The notes below the pieces were generated by a model. The model made no database searches and was not told the origin of the DNA. It saw only the letters and a program-made list of their open reading frames with translations. DNA of 64,000 nt from Camelus ferus (lineage: Eukaryota): the NCBI RefSeq assembly GCF_009834535.1, contig NC_045697.1, forward strand, positions 108,068,001 through 108,132,000. The letters run 5' to 3'. Numbering within the stretch: the stretch's first letter is position 1; every line of letters starts with the position of its first letter. Shown here one piece after another: positions 50,246 to 63,569 of this stretch. The translations under genes and the position numbers were made by a program.

Positions 50246-50248
50246 GAG

Positions 50249-50628
50249 TGTCTCAGGCAGCTTGGACAGCTAAACAAAATACCATAGACAGGATGTCTTA
50301 AACAACAGACATTTATTTCTCACAGTTCTGGAGGCTGGATCCAGTCCGAGGTTAGGGGGTGGCGTGGTCAAGTTCTGTTGAAAGCCCTCTTCCGGGCTTG
50401 CAGACTCTGCTGCCTTCTTGCTGTGCCCTCACATGGTGGGGAGAAGGGAGAAGCAGCTCTGGTGTCTCTTCTTATAAGGGCACTAACCCCACTTGGGGGC
50501 CTATCCTTATGTTCTCATCTAAACCCACTTACCCCCCAAAGACTCCACCTTCTGATACCACCACACTGGGGGCTTGGGTTCCAACATATGAATCTGTTGG
50601 GGGCAGGGGCACAGCTCAGTTCGTCACA
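50249..50628 (-). mobile_element. MaLR solo LTR (MLT1A0-like)
   Basis: aaataccatagac...ttaaacaacagacatttatttctcacagttctggaggctgg...; TSD atgag/aggag. Confidence 0.88.
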
Positions 50629-52484
50629 AGGAGCTACTGGGGGATTTTAAACACTGAGGAAATTAATTTTGAAATATTTTAATTCTCCCCCATTAAATCA
50701 ACACTCCCCTGTCTCCATTTTTCCAAATTCCATCCTGGACATTTTGCACAGAAGCTCTCTGGGGAACTGGATAAGCCTTTCTTAGGGAACTCTGGGGTTC
50801 CTCTGGGTTCATGTAAATCTTTGTTTTCTCCATTCAGCAGAGATAGGTACTTCTCAGCTTATAAAGTTTAACAACGTCGGCTTTAAAGTTGTCCTTTGGT
50901 CCTAGTTCTGCGAATTAAAAAAAAAGTCAGCAGTGGTCCACATGAAAAGATGTTCAGTTACCCCTTTGACTTGAGATTAGACCAAGGGGCTCCGGCTTCA
51001 GATAATATTAAACTTAACCCAGGCTGGATTGATTAAACTGCCTGGCATCTGAGATCGAAGATAAGCACATTTTCCACTCTAGCCTTTGCTGCATTAAGCC
51101 TCACAAGGAAAATTTCTAAAGGTTCGGAAGAGAAATGCTCCAACTATAAGCCACATAAGCCTTTCTTTTCATTCTTGTCTTTTTTTCCCACCTTTTAAAA
51201 AAAGTACAATAATGAAACCATCTTCAGTGCCCAACTGATTCATTGGGAAGCTTGACCGGTGAACTGAGTTATCTTCACTTTTTAAAAAGCAAGATGAGCT
51301 GTTTGTTCAGAAGCAGAAGCTGTGCACTGCGAGAATTTGGTATAATGCAAGGAGAGGCTGTAGTAACATGACTTCCCAGCTGCGATGGGAAGGTGAGCGG
51401 GCCGCTGCGCTCTGTCCCAGGGCGCAGGTGCACACATCAAACAGTAATGAGCACAGTCTCATGGCCCCAGATCCAAATTCCTATAGGATTCTGGGCCAGC
51501 CACTGGTGCACACTTCCAAGTGGGGCAGGTCAGATCTGAGCTCGCTCCAGGTGAGTGGCCGGGATCCAGGTCCAAGCCAAGGGTCAGCTACAGCACCACT
51601 CTGGTTCCAAGGTTGTCTTTCCTGGGGCCGATGATGTTCATTTATTCAACAAACTTTCACTGTGCATTTGCGTGACAGCATCGTTCTAGGCATGGGGGCT
51701 ACAGCATGGAATTAACAAACCGAAATCCCTGCATGCACGGAGCATACGTTCTAGTCAGGGTAGGAGGTAATACCCTGGAGTTCCAGAGTTCTTGTGGATC
51801 AGAGAGGACAGCATGACTGCTCTCCAGCCCTGGAGCTGAAATGGACTGGGCCAGGCTCTGGGGTCTGGGAGCGGGGATGGTGGAACTCTTTATGTGGTCT
51901 TCAAATGGATTTGCCTTCATCAAGTCCTCTGGCCAGGAATGCTTTTTAGAATCAGTCCCTCCTGGTTATAGCTAGGCCTCCAACCTGAAAAGCTGAAAAT
52001 ATTGTTCCCTCATGAAATCCAGGACAAAAACAGCCCAAATTGCTCTGATGGTTGAAGGATAAAAATCCAGGGTAGAGGGCTGATGTGTCCCTGGAGACAG
52101 GAATTTGGGGGAGGGCAGCGGTGGAGGAGGATGAAAGAAGGGCCTGAGATATGGGCTTGGGGTTGATAAGAAGACTCCTAGAGAATCTGCTTTCTTTGTG
52201 TCCCACTTACACACACCCTAAGCTCCCTCCAAGCTCCCAGATCCCTTATGCACTAAACAAAGGTCAGAATGCCAGAGGAAACGAACTAGGTATTTTACTA
52301 GGTATTTTAGGTGATGTGGATTATTTTATTTCCCCAGATAAGGACTTACCACCCTTTTGCGAGGATAGAAGCAACAAGCCTCAAAGCCCAACAACTGTTT
52401 CAAGTCCAGGAACTAGCTTGATTTTAGCCAGGCAGCCTCCTTCTGGTTGAGACAGTGCACATGTGCATTTATGTCTGATGCCTC

Positions 52485-53374
52485 TGTCGTTATAAATACT
52501 TGTGAAAAAAAATAATGGGGCTTGAAGGTCAGAGTAGTAGGTACGATTCTGCTCCTAATTCCAACATGTGGCATTTTTTCCACACCACCAAGCAATTCTC
52601 TGACACCAGCCTGGTGCCCTACAATTCAACTCAATTCTGACACTGCTTACCTGGAGAGAGGATCAGATCCCGCAGGTTAAGGGCTCCTCCCACAGGACTG
52701 CCCCTCCCCTGCCCCCGCTTTGGATGCCAATAACAAATCCAGGTTGTCACCTCTGCTTCTGACCAACTGGCTACAATTCGAAGGTTCCCATGACCCCCTC
52801 CTTAGGTTTGATTCATTTTCTCAAGTGGAACTCTAGCACAGAACTCAGAGAATTATTTTACTTAATAGGTCATCAGTTTATTAGAAAAGGATGAAACTCA
52901 GGAACAGCCAGATGAAGGGATGCACAGAGCAAGGCGTAGGGAAAGGGTGTGGAGCTTCCTTGTCCTCTGAGTGCACCAGTCTCCCCACATCTCCATGTAT
53001 TCACCAATCCAGAGGACCTCTGACCCATCCTTTTGGGTTTTTGGAAGCTTCATTACACAGACATGATTAATTAAATCATTGGCCATTGGCCAGCAATTCA
53101 AACTCTAGCCCCTCCTCATCCCTGGAGGTCAGGGGGGCGGGACTGAAAGTTCCAATCCTCCAGTCACAAGATTGTTTCCCCTAGCAACCTTAGGTGCTGT
53201 CCAAAAGTCACTTCATTAACATAAACTCCGATGTGGTTGAAAGGGGTTTGTTATGAACATCAAGACAGCTGTATTGCTCTTATCACTTGGGAAATTCCAA
53301 GGGTTTTAAGACTTTGTGCCAAAAACAGGATGAATACCAAATATATATTTCTTATTATAAATCGCAGTCTCAGA
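52485..53374 (-). mobile_element. MER21-family LTR
   Basis: caattctctgacaccagc...tacaattcaactcaattctgacact...ggaaattccaagggttttaaga...aaatatatatttcttattataaatc. Confidence 0.85.
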
Positions 53375-54047
53375 ATGTTAACCTCAGAACTGCACCATCA
53401 GGGAGGGTGACGGGATGTCTGCTGTGGGGAGCAGAGGGGACATCCAGAGGTAGTGAAAAGTTTACGCAAAGGTCTGGGTATGTTGGGAGCCATGCGGGAT
53501 CTCATCACTCCAGAATTTCATCTAAAACCTAAGACCGGGAGTAAAAGTCTCTAAATCAATGACAATCTAAGTTCAGGAAAGCACCAATGATGGTGGCCAG
53601 TCACAGCCACACCACACCATCCACCCCTCAGGACGACCTGGGCAGGAGGGGGAAATGCAGTGTTTTTGAAGGGGAGGTGTGACTCCCTAGGTGTTCCCAC
53701 CTAAGAGCTGGGCCAGCCAAACCATCACCCTTCATTAGTCTGTTTGCAAATTGCTGAGCTTCTGGAAGGGCAGAGCACCTGACACTGCTGGGGCTTGGAG
53801 GCAAGGGAGAGATGGCTAGGCTGGCAGGATGGGCAGAGAGGGGAGCCAGGGCACTCTCTGTGGTTTCTGGTCTCTGGAAGTACTGAAGGTAGATCCTAAA
53901 TATGACAGGAGGCTCTGGAGGTGGGAGTAGTAGGGTAGATGAGCTGGAGGGTTACACACTTGTAAGACATGTGGCTAGCAGAGGAATACTACAAGGTCAT
54001 AAGCTGGTGGTTCACTGGAAAATGTGCTGATACTTGCAAAGACCCAG

Positions 54048-54450
54048 GTGACAGAGGCTGTTGTTTGTCTACTAACAGCTACTTTCAGCTTCCTCCTTAC
54101 TAAGAGAACTCCAATTCTTTTCGAGGGGGCAATTTACCTGGCTAAAAACAACATTGCCAAGCTCCTCCTGCAGCTCACCTTGTTCAAGTAAGACAGGTTT
54201 GGCCAATGAGTGAAAGCCTCCTGGGGTTTTTCTGGGAAGATTTTGCTTTCCTGTTATAGGCAAAGTTCTGTTTTCCTTTTGCTCTTTTCCTCTTTTTTAT
54301 TTCTTGGAACTATGATGTGAGGGCTGGAGCTCCAGCAGTTGTTTTGTGAGAATGAGAATGAAAGGGGTTCATACCCTCAGGATGGCAGAACAAGTTAGAA
54401 AGAGTTTAAATCACTGACAACATTGTGGAGCCACTGTACTAGCCTAGAGC
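54048..54450 (+). mobile_element. MaLR LTR (MLT1J-like)
   Basis: tggccaatgag...ggctggagctccagcag...aggatggcagaaca. Confidence 0.65.
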
Positions 54451-54944
54451 CCATGGACAGTGAGCCAGATGCAGTTAATGACTGACCCCAGAGAAAGGCT
54501 GCAGCTCCTTCATGGCAGCAGCACAAGGAGAAATTCCTGGCCCCTGTTCCTTGTCCTTGCCCCAGCACCTAGTGGAGAGGAGATGAGTGTGAACACAGAT
54601 ACCCTGCCCCACCGCCTGCACCAGATGACTGTCCCTCTTTAAGCCTCTAGGGACTCAAGTCCAGTCCGTGTGACAGTGTGTGCAGTGAGCCTTTCAGTTA
54701 GCCTCAAAAACTGAAAGTGATTGTTTGAAAAACCAGAAGTCATTGCCAAGTTTTGGAATCAGGTGGAAATGTTACAAGAGCTACCATCTAGTGAGAAAAA
54801 GGAGTTTGACTTAGTAGAGTTGGAGACAGTTGGGAAAAATTAAGACAATTTCATTTCCATACCCACAGAGAGTGAAAACAGCTCAATAAGCTGTTTACAA
54901 AATAAATCTGCTGAATTTTAATTGCCTTAAATCCATGCCACATC

Positions 54945-55222
54945 TCTATCTACTGCTGTAGAAAAATTTCCAGGATAGATTATAAGTGAAAGAGAGAGAG
55001 AGAGAGTACAAATTGGAGTATAGAGTAGGCTACCTTTGGATAATAAAAAGATGAAAACAAGAATTTATACTTGTATTTACATCCAGAAACCTTGGAAGCA
55101 CACCCAGGATTATCTGCAGGGTAGATGGGAGTGGCGGGCAGCAAGAGTTCTTAGAATATATGTCTTTGTGTAGGTTTGATTCTTGAATCATGCGAATGTA
55201 TTACCTATTCAACATTTTAAAT
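54945..55222 (+). mobile_element. Old L1M 3' end fragment
   Basis: tccaggatagattataagtgaaa...ttgaatcatgcgaatgtattacctattcaa. Confidence 0.6.
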
Positions 55223-55509
55223 TGGAAGTGTTAGTGCCTCAGAGTATTCAATTTTCTCATAGAAAAGATATTTAGAAGGTCAGCAGATGACTAAAATAGA
55301 GACTCTGAAACTCTTCTCTCTACTCTTCAAATAATGAAATCAAAGTGTTTGTTACATTTTTTACACAAGTAGCTCTTCACCTTCGAGCCTACACCCTGAA
55401 TTTATAAGACTGGGAGGTTTCAGTGAGCTGTGAGTGAGCGGTAACATCAGGAACCAAATATGGCAGCTTTAGCTTTTGTTTGAGGGGAAAAAAACTGAAT
55501 TGGAAGAAA

Positions 55510-55770
55510 TAATAATCAATATATTGCTATGTATAATTTATTATTCTAATTTATTATCCTATTAACTATGTTAATTAACACAATAGATTATATTAACATA
55601 TGTTACTATATACTACAAACTGCATATGTTAATATAATCTATTACATATGAACATGTCATATAGTATATTATTATATATTATATTACACATATAATAATA
55701 TATATTAATGTACTATAATATATTTAATATATTACTGCACATAATTTTGTATTAACTTATTTTTTAAACT
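55510..55770. repeat. AT-rich low-complexity tract
   Basis: Degenerate TA/TAT/TAA repeats with very low GC over ~260 bp. Confidence 0.85.
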
Positions 55771-55877
55771 CTTAGGATCAGATTTTCTGTACCTAAGAGA
55801 TATTTCTGCAACTAAGAGAATTGTTCCTGCAGAAATAGAGCACTAGTGAGAAATCTAACAATTTTGTTTATTTAAAG

Positions 55878-56083
55878 CAAGGTTTGGCAAACTGTGGCCT
55901 GCGGGCCACGTCTGGCTGGCTGCCTATTTTTTTATGAGCCAAGAATGGTTTTTACATTTTTGAATGGTTACATTTTACATGGTTATATAAATGCCTAGGT
56001 AATATTCTTACTGTTACCTCTTGACCTGCAAAGATAAAGAATATTTACTATTCAGCTCTTGGGGGAAAATTTTGCCACCCCAG
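55878..56083. mobile_element. MER58-like hAT-Charlie MITE
   Basis: caaggtttggcaaactgtggcctgcgggcc...tttgccaccccag; flanks atttaaag / atttaaga. Confidence 0.8.
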
Positions 56084-56989
56084 ATTTAAGACCTTTTGAG
56101 ACTCATTTTCCAAATTTTGCTCTAAAGTGTGTAGCCACACCTGAGACCAACCTGTGACCAAACAAATTCCAACAAAATCATAAAGGCCATGGAGTGACGA
56201 AGCCAGGCTAGTAGGGACATGCATTTCTCACTTGGTGGGGCAGCCTTAGGCAGGATGCACACACAAACACACACATTTCCTATGTTGGAAATGGGAAACT
56301 ATTGCCCTTGGTTGGATTTTTCTATTGCACAGACCCCCCCATTGGGTATCCAAAGCCCTGAAGCAACAAAATACAGTTGGGTCTCATTCCAGCTGCCAGA
56401 CACTTTGCCAGACATAGCTCAGTATGTCACTGGCCCATGAGCGTGGCCCTTAAGTACAGAAATGTGACACATGTCAGCTGTTGCAATGGGTTCTGTGGCT
56501 TTAAAGACACCTCTGTATTGTGTGTGCATCTAAGTAATTGGAACTCGACTCGTCACATCTATTTTAGCAATGGCACTGGAACAGCATGGACCCGTCCGTC
56601 ACTGTGTCATCCTTATGAAAATGGCTTCCAGTGGTCACCTTGTCATAGTTAATTAGCCTTCTGAAGTATGAATAGTCAGAAGCAAAGCGACTTTGAGAGC
56701 CTGGTTTTCAGGTACCTTCAGCAGTGAACTCTACAGGTATCTGATCTTTCCTGCCTTTTAATTAGAGCCCTTTCATTTAAGAGGGAGAGTGTCCTTGTGG
56801 CTAGAGGTACAGCTAGCCTGGTTCTGCCTTCTGTTCTCAGTTCCAGGGCTGACTCACAGCAACCACAAGCAAGCCAGTCTCGGAGGCTCAAATATGGGAA
56901 ATCTAGGAAGTTCTAGACTCGAATGTAGTTAGCTGATGGCTGTTTCAATGCAGATAGCATCTAAGCATCAGTGTGAAAGGGAGTATGCC

Positions 56990-57513
56990 AGCTGGATACT
57001 GCTAGGAGACCCCTAAGCCTAGGAGTTTAAAAAAAGAATAATAACCATTTGTTTAGCTCAAGATTCTGCAAATCATTGGTTTAGTCTGGGTTCCGTGGGG
57101 TTCCTGGGGTACCGACGATCAGTGGTGTGTTTGTGTGTTGGGTGGGCGGCTTTGCTGATCTTGGCCGGGCTGTCTCACCTGTCTTAGGACTTGGCTGGGA
57201 CAACGGGACTACGCAAGTCTGGTCCGGGTGCTTTCTTACCATCCAGCAGGCTAACTCAGGCTGTTTGAATAGCAGAGACAGGAGTCTCTAAAGGTATAGT
57301 GGGTACACGCAAGACCTCTTGGTGCCCAGCCTTCGAACTGGCAAAATACCCCTTTCATCTCATTCTTGTGGCCAAAGCAAGTCACAAGGCCAGCCCAGAT
57401 CCCAGAGGTGGGGAAATTGACTCTACCTCTTGATGGAAGAAGCTTCAAAGTCACATGGCAGGGGCATAGATATAGAGTGCGGAAGAATTGTGACCATTTT
57501 TGCCATCCACCAC
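56990..57513 (-). mobile_element. MaLR LTR (MLT1H-like)
   Basis: ggccaaagcaagtcacaaggccagcccagat...gactctacctcttgatgg...gaagaattgtgaccatttttgc. Confidence 0.78.
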
Positions 57514-57924
57514 TGGAAGCTGAGACATTCAGGAACGTATGTAAGGTGTCCCAGCAGCCGCCTGCTGACAGAGCAGGTGAGGTGGGATACTCAGCCCATA
57601 AGCGAGGGACGGAGATGATGCCACTCCGGTTGTTCCTGGGCCCTTTTCTGGCAGAAAATGCTGAGGGAACCTCCAAGGGGTAGTCGGACCTTCAGTGGAT
57701 GGGTGAATATGTGAGCAGTGCCCGTCTGAGTTTTGGTCTAATTCAGAAAAGAAAAGAAAGAGGGCATTTTCCCATATACGTTGAGAACCCAAGAGTGAAT
57801 AAGGGCTCTGAGTGGGATAGTCTAGTGGAGAAGAAGCGTCAGCATGGGGAAGACTTCCCAACCAAGGGCCAGTGCCTTTGATGCTGTGAGCACAGTCTTT
57901 TGTGCCAGATATAACCAACTAACC

Positions 57925-58130
57925 AACTGTGGTTTAACACCTCAGTAACAACGTGACTTTGGGCAAATCGCTCAACTTGTTTAAGGCTCAGTTTTGTTAT
58001 CTGTGACATGAGGATAATAATATATACCTCAAAACATAGTAGGGGCGATTAACGGAGCTAACATTTGTAAAAGGTATGAGGCAATACTTGGCATAATAGT
58101 CACTCTCTGTCAGTGCTCACCATTAGCTTT
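57925..58130 (+). mobile_element. MIR fragment
   Basis: gtgactttgggcaaatcgctcaac...ctcagttttgttatctgt...cttggcata. Confidence 0.7.
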
Positions 58131-58159
58131 CTCCTAAGCTTTATAGCTGTTGATTTGTC

Positions 58160-59575
58160 ATTGATGACCTGCAATCTACTCCTGCAATCCTGGCCACGTC
58201 TATGAGCTCTCCTCCTGGTATGTAGACCATCAGTTTCATGTCAGTGTCCCCCTTTCAACTTAAACTCAACAGGCATTAAAGCTAAACAAATCTGTCCCTT
58301 TAAATCACTTTCCTTCTGTAACTTTTCATATGTTCCTTCAAAGCCAGCATTTAGCCTCCTGGATTTGTCACCGTAGAGTTATCTCTGATTCCTTTATTTC
58401 CTTTAGGCCTCTTATCCAGTTAATGAACAATGTGAAATGTCTTTCCCACTGCATTTTCCCACCAAATGCAGAATCTGAGTTTCTCTCTTGATGCTGTGAG
58501 GACCACTAAAGAGTTCTTACAAGTTTCCCCACCTCCAAGCTCTCTACTCTGTAATCTATCCTGCACCCTGTTGCAAGATTAATCTTCCAAGAGACAATCC
58601 CTTGCTCAAAACCACCAATGATGCCTTGTTACTTACAAGATAACATCCCAAAGCTGAGCCTGGCATTCAAAACCCCCTACAACCTGACCCCAGTGCCCGT
58701 TACTAGCCATCTTCCAAGACTCCAGGGAGCTTCATCTTGCATTGTAATTATTTACATACCCGTCCTGTGTTCCCATTAAGAGTGTAAGTCTCTCCAGCAA
58801 GGTTCAGCAAACCATGGTTCATGGACCAGTTCCACATGGCCCACAAAGCCTAAAATATTTACCACATGACCCTTTACAGATTGTTTGCAACCCCTGATCT
58901 ATAGAGTGAGGTGTGTCTTACAGTAATTTGCCCTTCAGAATTGTGTACTTTTCAATAAAAGTTTATTGAACGAATGTTCCACATACTGACCCTGAAGCAC
59001 CCCTGTCCTTTCTTGTTCCTGTAAATTTGTTCCTGTATTAGAGAGCCCTCCCCTCTTTGACTCCCTGGATAAACTTTTTAGAGTACTCTAAGGCCTGTGT
59101 CACCTTCTCGGGGAAGCGTTTCTGATGGTGTCTGCTGAGTTCTGCATCCCAGTAACACTAACCTACTCCGTCTGACACTTAATCTCCTGTTTCTGGTTAG
59201 TTAGTTCTTTGTGTGGGAGAGGGTCATGGACCGGATGGATGCCCATTGCTACCCATGACTGGCTATCCTCTCCCCTTCGGAACTCAGCCCATTTCCTGGC
59301 TTGGGACGCTTTCTCTGACGCCTCCGTTCCTCTCCCCACCCGACTGAGTTAAGGGCCCCTTCCTGGCACTCCCACAGCTCCCTGCACCGTCCCAGCCTGG
59401 CCCTTATCTTGGCTTATTGTAATCATTGGGTTACTTCTTGTAATTGTTGGATTCTCCAACTGTGCTGTGAGCTCCTTACCATGAGGGTCAGTATCTTACT
59501 CACTGACGGATTCCCAGTACTTGGCATGGTGCCTAGTTCGTAGAGATACCCAATTAATATTCTGGAATAAATGGT
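58160..59575 (+). mobile_element. Cluster of L2 fragments with a short MER58-like insert (~58798-58897)
   Basis: taaactcaaca...taatctatcctgcaccctgttgcaagattaatcttcc...tgagcctggcattcaa; ctgtgagctcc...cttggcatggtgcct; insert ends aaagcctaaaatatttac...ccctttacaga...cccctg. Confidence 0.65.
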
Positions 59576-62500
59576 TGATCATGCAGTGGCTGTTGATTGA
59601 GTACACAGCTGATTAAATTCATGGTCCTGTTCCTTGTGCTCCGCTCTTTGCACACTTCAGTTCTCTCTCTGTGTAAAGACATTTCTCTTGGTTCTATATC
59701 TATGTACCTATATCTATATCTATGGTTCTGTATCTTGGTTCTATATATGTAACTTGGGATTTCAGGAAATAACTGTTAAATCTTATATAACTAAGGTTAC
59801 CAGGCTAAAACTGGAGCACCTGGGACACGCCAAGCATGGAGATTCCCAGGTCTTTGATGATGAATCGTGAGTGCCTGTTTTTCAACTCGCAGTTGTCTGC
59901 ACGGTGGGCTACTACGCCCCACCGCTGCTCTCCCTCTTTCTGAATTAAGAATCTGAATAAAAAGATCCATGACCAAAGGATGGCACACTCATAGCCACCC
60001 TTGTGGATCTATCTCCTCAGAGCTCATGTTCACCTAGCGTAAAATAATACCAAACATTTGAACTTGGACATCATTTGCCAAACGTTGGGATCCCGTAACA
60101 AAGCACATAGGATGTCCAGAATGGAAAAATGGCCTCCCGGAAACAGTTTAGGCACCATGCACAAGACGTAGGAGCCTCACTCAGCAGACAGCATCCTTCC
60201 CGCTCTCGAGTCCCCACCCCACCCCCCGCCCCAGAGCTGCTGCTCTGAGCCCGTCTCCCTGCTGCAATGGCAGTCCCCTTAGCTGTCCATGATCAGTTTT
60301 TTAAATGCAGATAAACTAGAGACAGGTTGTAAATCAGCCCGCCACATCAGCCCAGATCTTCTTGCTGTAAAACAGGCACCTAATAACCAAGTTTCCACTC
60401 TCTGTGCGTGAGCCCTCCCCCGCAAGGTTAAAGTGGGAATGGATCGCAGAGGCTCACCCCATCACACGGTGAACAGACATTTGGCATTTTAAAAATGCCT
60501 TTTAAATATCTAGACAGATGATATATTACCCTGTAGCCTTTTCCAAATCTGGGAGACATGCCACGAATGCCGTTGCCTAAAAAAGCCGGACTTGGAAGAA
60601 GCCCCAACGTGCCTGGGTGAGAAAGGTGGCAACTCCGGCACTCTGGGAGCAGAAATGTCCCCACTGGCTCTGAAGTACCTGCTTCTGTGAGATGAGAAGA
60701 GGGAGCAGAATGCTTTGCTCATGATGTGTGTCTCATCGGTCACGTGAGAGAGCGCAGCCTGGCCACTGAAATGGTGTGCAAGGTGGGACACCGAGGGCCG
60801 GCACAGAGGGACACGGGTTTCTTCAGAACAACACCCAAAGCCCCTCGCTGCTTCAAATGAGCGGTCAGGATGGCCAGTTCTGTGGAAACGGGTTCTTTCC
60901 TTTAGAACCTGGTGACCTGAGGGCAGCCCCTAACCTTCCTCAACTGCCTGGGGCACCTGCAGAACCCTGGGGGGACCCCGGGGAGCGAGTGATTGGTCTG
61001 GTACCAGTTGGGCTGCAGCCCCGTCCTCCAGAGGGGAACGACCACGAGGCCTGTGGTGGCGGGCCACAATAGTCTGAAAAGCTTGCTTTTGCTTTTCCCT
61101 CCCAAAGTTCACACCTGAGTCCCCCTTGTCATCACTCTTGCGAGAAAAGGCCAATCCAGAGCCCAAAAGCCATCGACCAGAGTCTGAGAAAAGAGACTGC
61201 CACCCAGTGACTCAAATAAAGATGGCCTTTATGGCAGCCTCTAGCCAGCCTCTACCTGGCCTGTTTCATTGCAGTCAGCCTGCCTCGCCCCACCAGCTGG
61301 GGAAAGCGAGAGAGCTGAGATAGGGCGTCCTTGACGCTGGGCAGAGGGAAGCGCCCGGACATGGTCTTTGTTGGCATTTGGGGGCAAAGAGCAGAGGGAG
61401 GGGTGGAGAGGTGCCTTGTTCTGCTGCTGGAGGCCAGCAAGGACCGTGCAATAAATGAAACGAAGCAAAACCAAGTAAAGTAAAAACAAAACAAAAACCC
61501 CACAGCAATCGTATCAGCAGCAGAAAAGCAGAGTGTGAAGAGGAGAAGGAGCTACTTCTGAGGTGTCCCTGGCAGGCGGAGCTGCCGCCCTACCTGGAGA
61601 AACCCGGAAGGGGAGGCATGGGTGCCTCAGTGACACCAGAGGGGCGCGGACGGCTGCCAGGGGCCCGAGGATGCCGGGTGGTGGGCCCTGCTGCTCACGG
61701 TCCTCTTCAGTCATTACTGGTGCATTCTTAGTTTTAGCAGCAGCTCTGGCTTCAAAAGAAGGGATCAGACTGAATCCCTGATGCCAGGGAGAACAGAATA
61801 TGGACAAGATGGAGAGACACCTGCGGGAATTTATCTGAGGACTTGACCACCATCCTCTCTCTAAGCCTCTGCCTCCTTGATCAGTAATGTCAGGAAATGT
61901 TCCATCCTTTGACTTTGAGAGCTTCTTGTCCTGCTTCTTTGGGAAGGCTCTGCTGTTTCTTTTCAGATCTCCTTTTATTTGTCGGGCAGTACCTCCATGC
62001 TTCTCAGAACACAGTTCCCTGGGGCCACAAGCTGCCCTGGGTATCCTGTCCTGAAGCTTCCTGCTCAATCATTTGGAGACTCAGCACTTCAGCGGGCCGC
62101 ACTGCAAAAGGAAGAAAAAGCCCCTAGGTGTACAGCTGCCAAGCCAGGCCACCCTACCCCTGCTGCAGCACAGGGATGCCCAAGGTTGGTCATGCAGCCG
62201 AGCGAGAGCAGACCTCGGAGGCAGCTGTAAGCGAGGGGGCAGCCAGGCGACTCCTTCCCTCCTTCCTCTCCTCTGCACCTCCCTCGGCCTCTCGGAAGGC
62301 TTTCAGGAAGATGCCCCCTCTCCCTGCTTTCCCCATGTGTTGGTGAGGATTCTTAGCCCCCTTGGCGTGAAAAAGAAAAGCGATGTTCTTTACATCAATA
62401 TAACATCTCATGATTTTAGGAGCATTTTTTAAAAAATCTACTTACCAAAACTGAGTGCACTTAAGGCATAAGATGGAGATGAGGCGGGAGGAATCACAAA

Positions 62501-63287
62501 ACTTGGTTACGTCTCTTATAATCACAGAATTTGTCTCGTCCTGTTGGTCTCTCTGTTAACATAGTTTGGATCTGATTCTGGTGCCCCTTTTTGTCCTTAC
62601 AGCCGAATTCCTTCTGTGCTGTTAGCTGGGTGCAACCGTCTTCTCGCTCCCCCGCCCCCCAGCAAACGCTACAGCCGAAGATCATTCTGCAACTGCTGAC
62701 TTCACTCAGTGTGGTGATACATGCCACCGCTATTTCCCCTCTCTTCCTCCTCCTCCCCTTCCCTTCTTCTCCCTTCCATCCCTGCCCCACTGCTAAATAT
62801 TATTTGCTGTCATCAGCACCCCCATCACATCTATGCTCTCCCTGTATCTCGGGGATGGGGTGAAGCCTGGAAACCATACATCCCAGCCTCCTTAGCTTCC
62901 TGGTGAGAAGCCGTCCAGGGAGATTTGGAAGGCAGGAAAGGGGCTCCCCCTCCTCCGGAAGAAGTATGGCAGACATACGGGCTGCAGCGGGTATGAGTTT
63001 TAGCAGTGGACCCCATGTCCCACTGTCAGCCACAACATCAGGTCCAGGGGAAGCTATGAAGTCCGTGGCAGTTTCCTGCAATTTCCTGATCTGGGATTTG
63101 AGGACCACCGTGGTTATCTCTGGAGCGTGGCTGTTACAGCATAGTCTAAAAACTGTGAAGGGGGGGCGTCGTTCCCCTAAATTCCCTCCCTTTTGCGCAG
63201 CCAGCAATTTTGCTCACACTTCATTCTCTTCCTGCCTGCGATACCTCTTTCTGCTTAAAATTCAACCTCTTTTTGCTGGAAATACAG

Positions 63288-63459
63288 CCGTGGTTCTCAG
63301 AGTGGTCCTGGTCCAGCAGTGTCACCATCATCTAAGAATCTGTTAGAAATGCAAATTTCTGGCTCTGCCCCAGACCTACTGAATCAAAACGTCCCTCAGT
63401 CTGTGTTTTAACAGGCCCTCCAGGCGGTTCTGAGGCACACTCAAGTGTGAGAACTGCTG
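63288..63459. mobile_element. MER5A hAT-Charlie MITE
   Basis: gtggttctcagagtgg...gttagaaatgcaaatt...ccccagacctactgaatcaaaac...caagtgtgagaactgctg. Confidence 0.88.
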
Positions 63460-63569
63460 TTCTATAGGGGTATTTATTTTCCTGTCATAAACTGATTGAT
63501 GTTCACACACCTTCTCAAGGTGTGTCTTTTTTTTTTTATAATATAAAAACATATTGCTTTTTTATTAAA

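Noticed and set aside
54780..54795. CTCF-like motif tcactagatggtagc on the minus strand; weaker ones near 16577 and 38140
   Set aside because: Mismatches at core positions; not supportable without ChIP or conservation data.
61514..62068. 184-aa minus-strand ORF
   Set aside because: TTG start directly after a stop codon and no recognisable domain.
62966..63000. agtATGG start reading MADIRAAA followed by donor-like G|gtatga
   Set aside because: Could be a short first coding exon, but I do not recognise the peptide and no downstream exon is visible.
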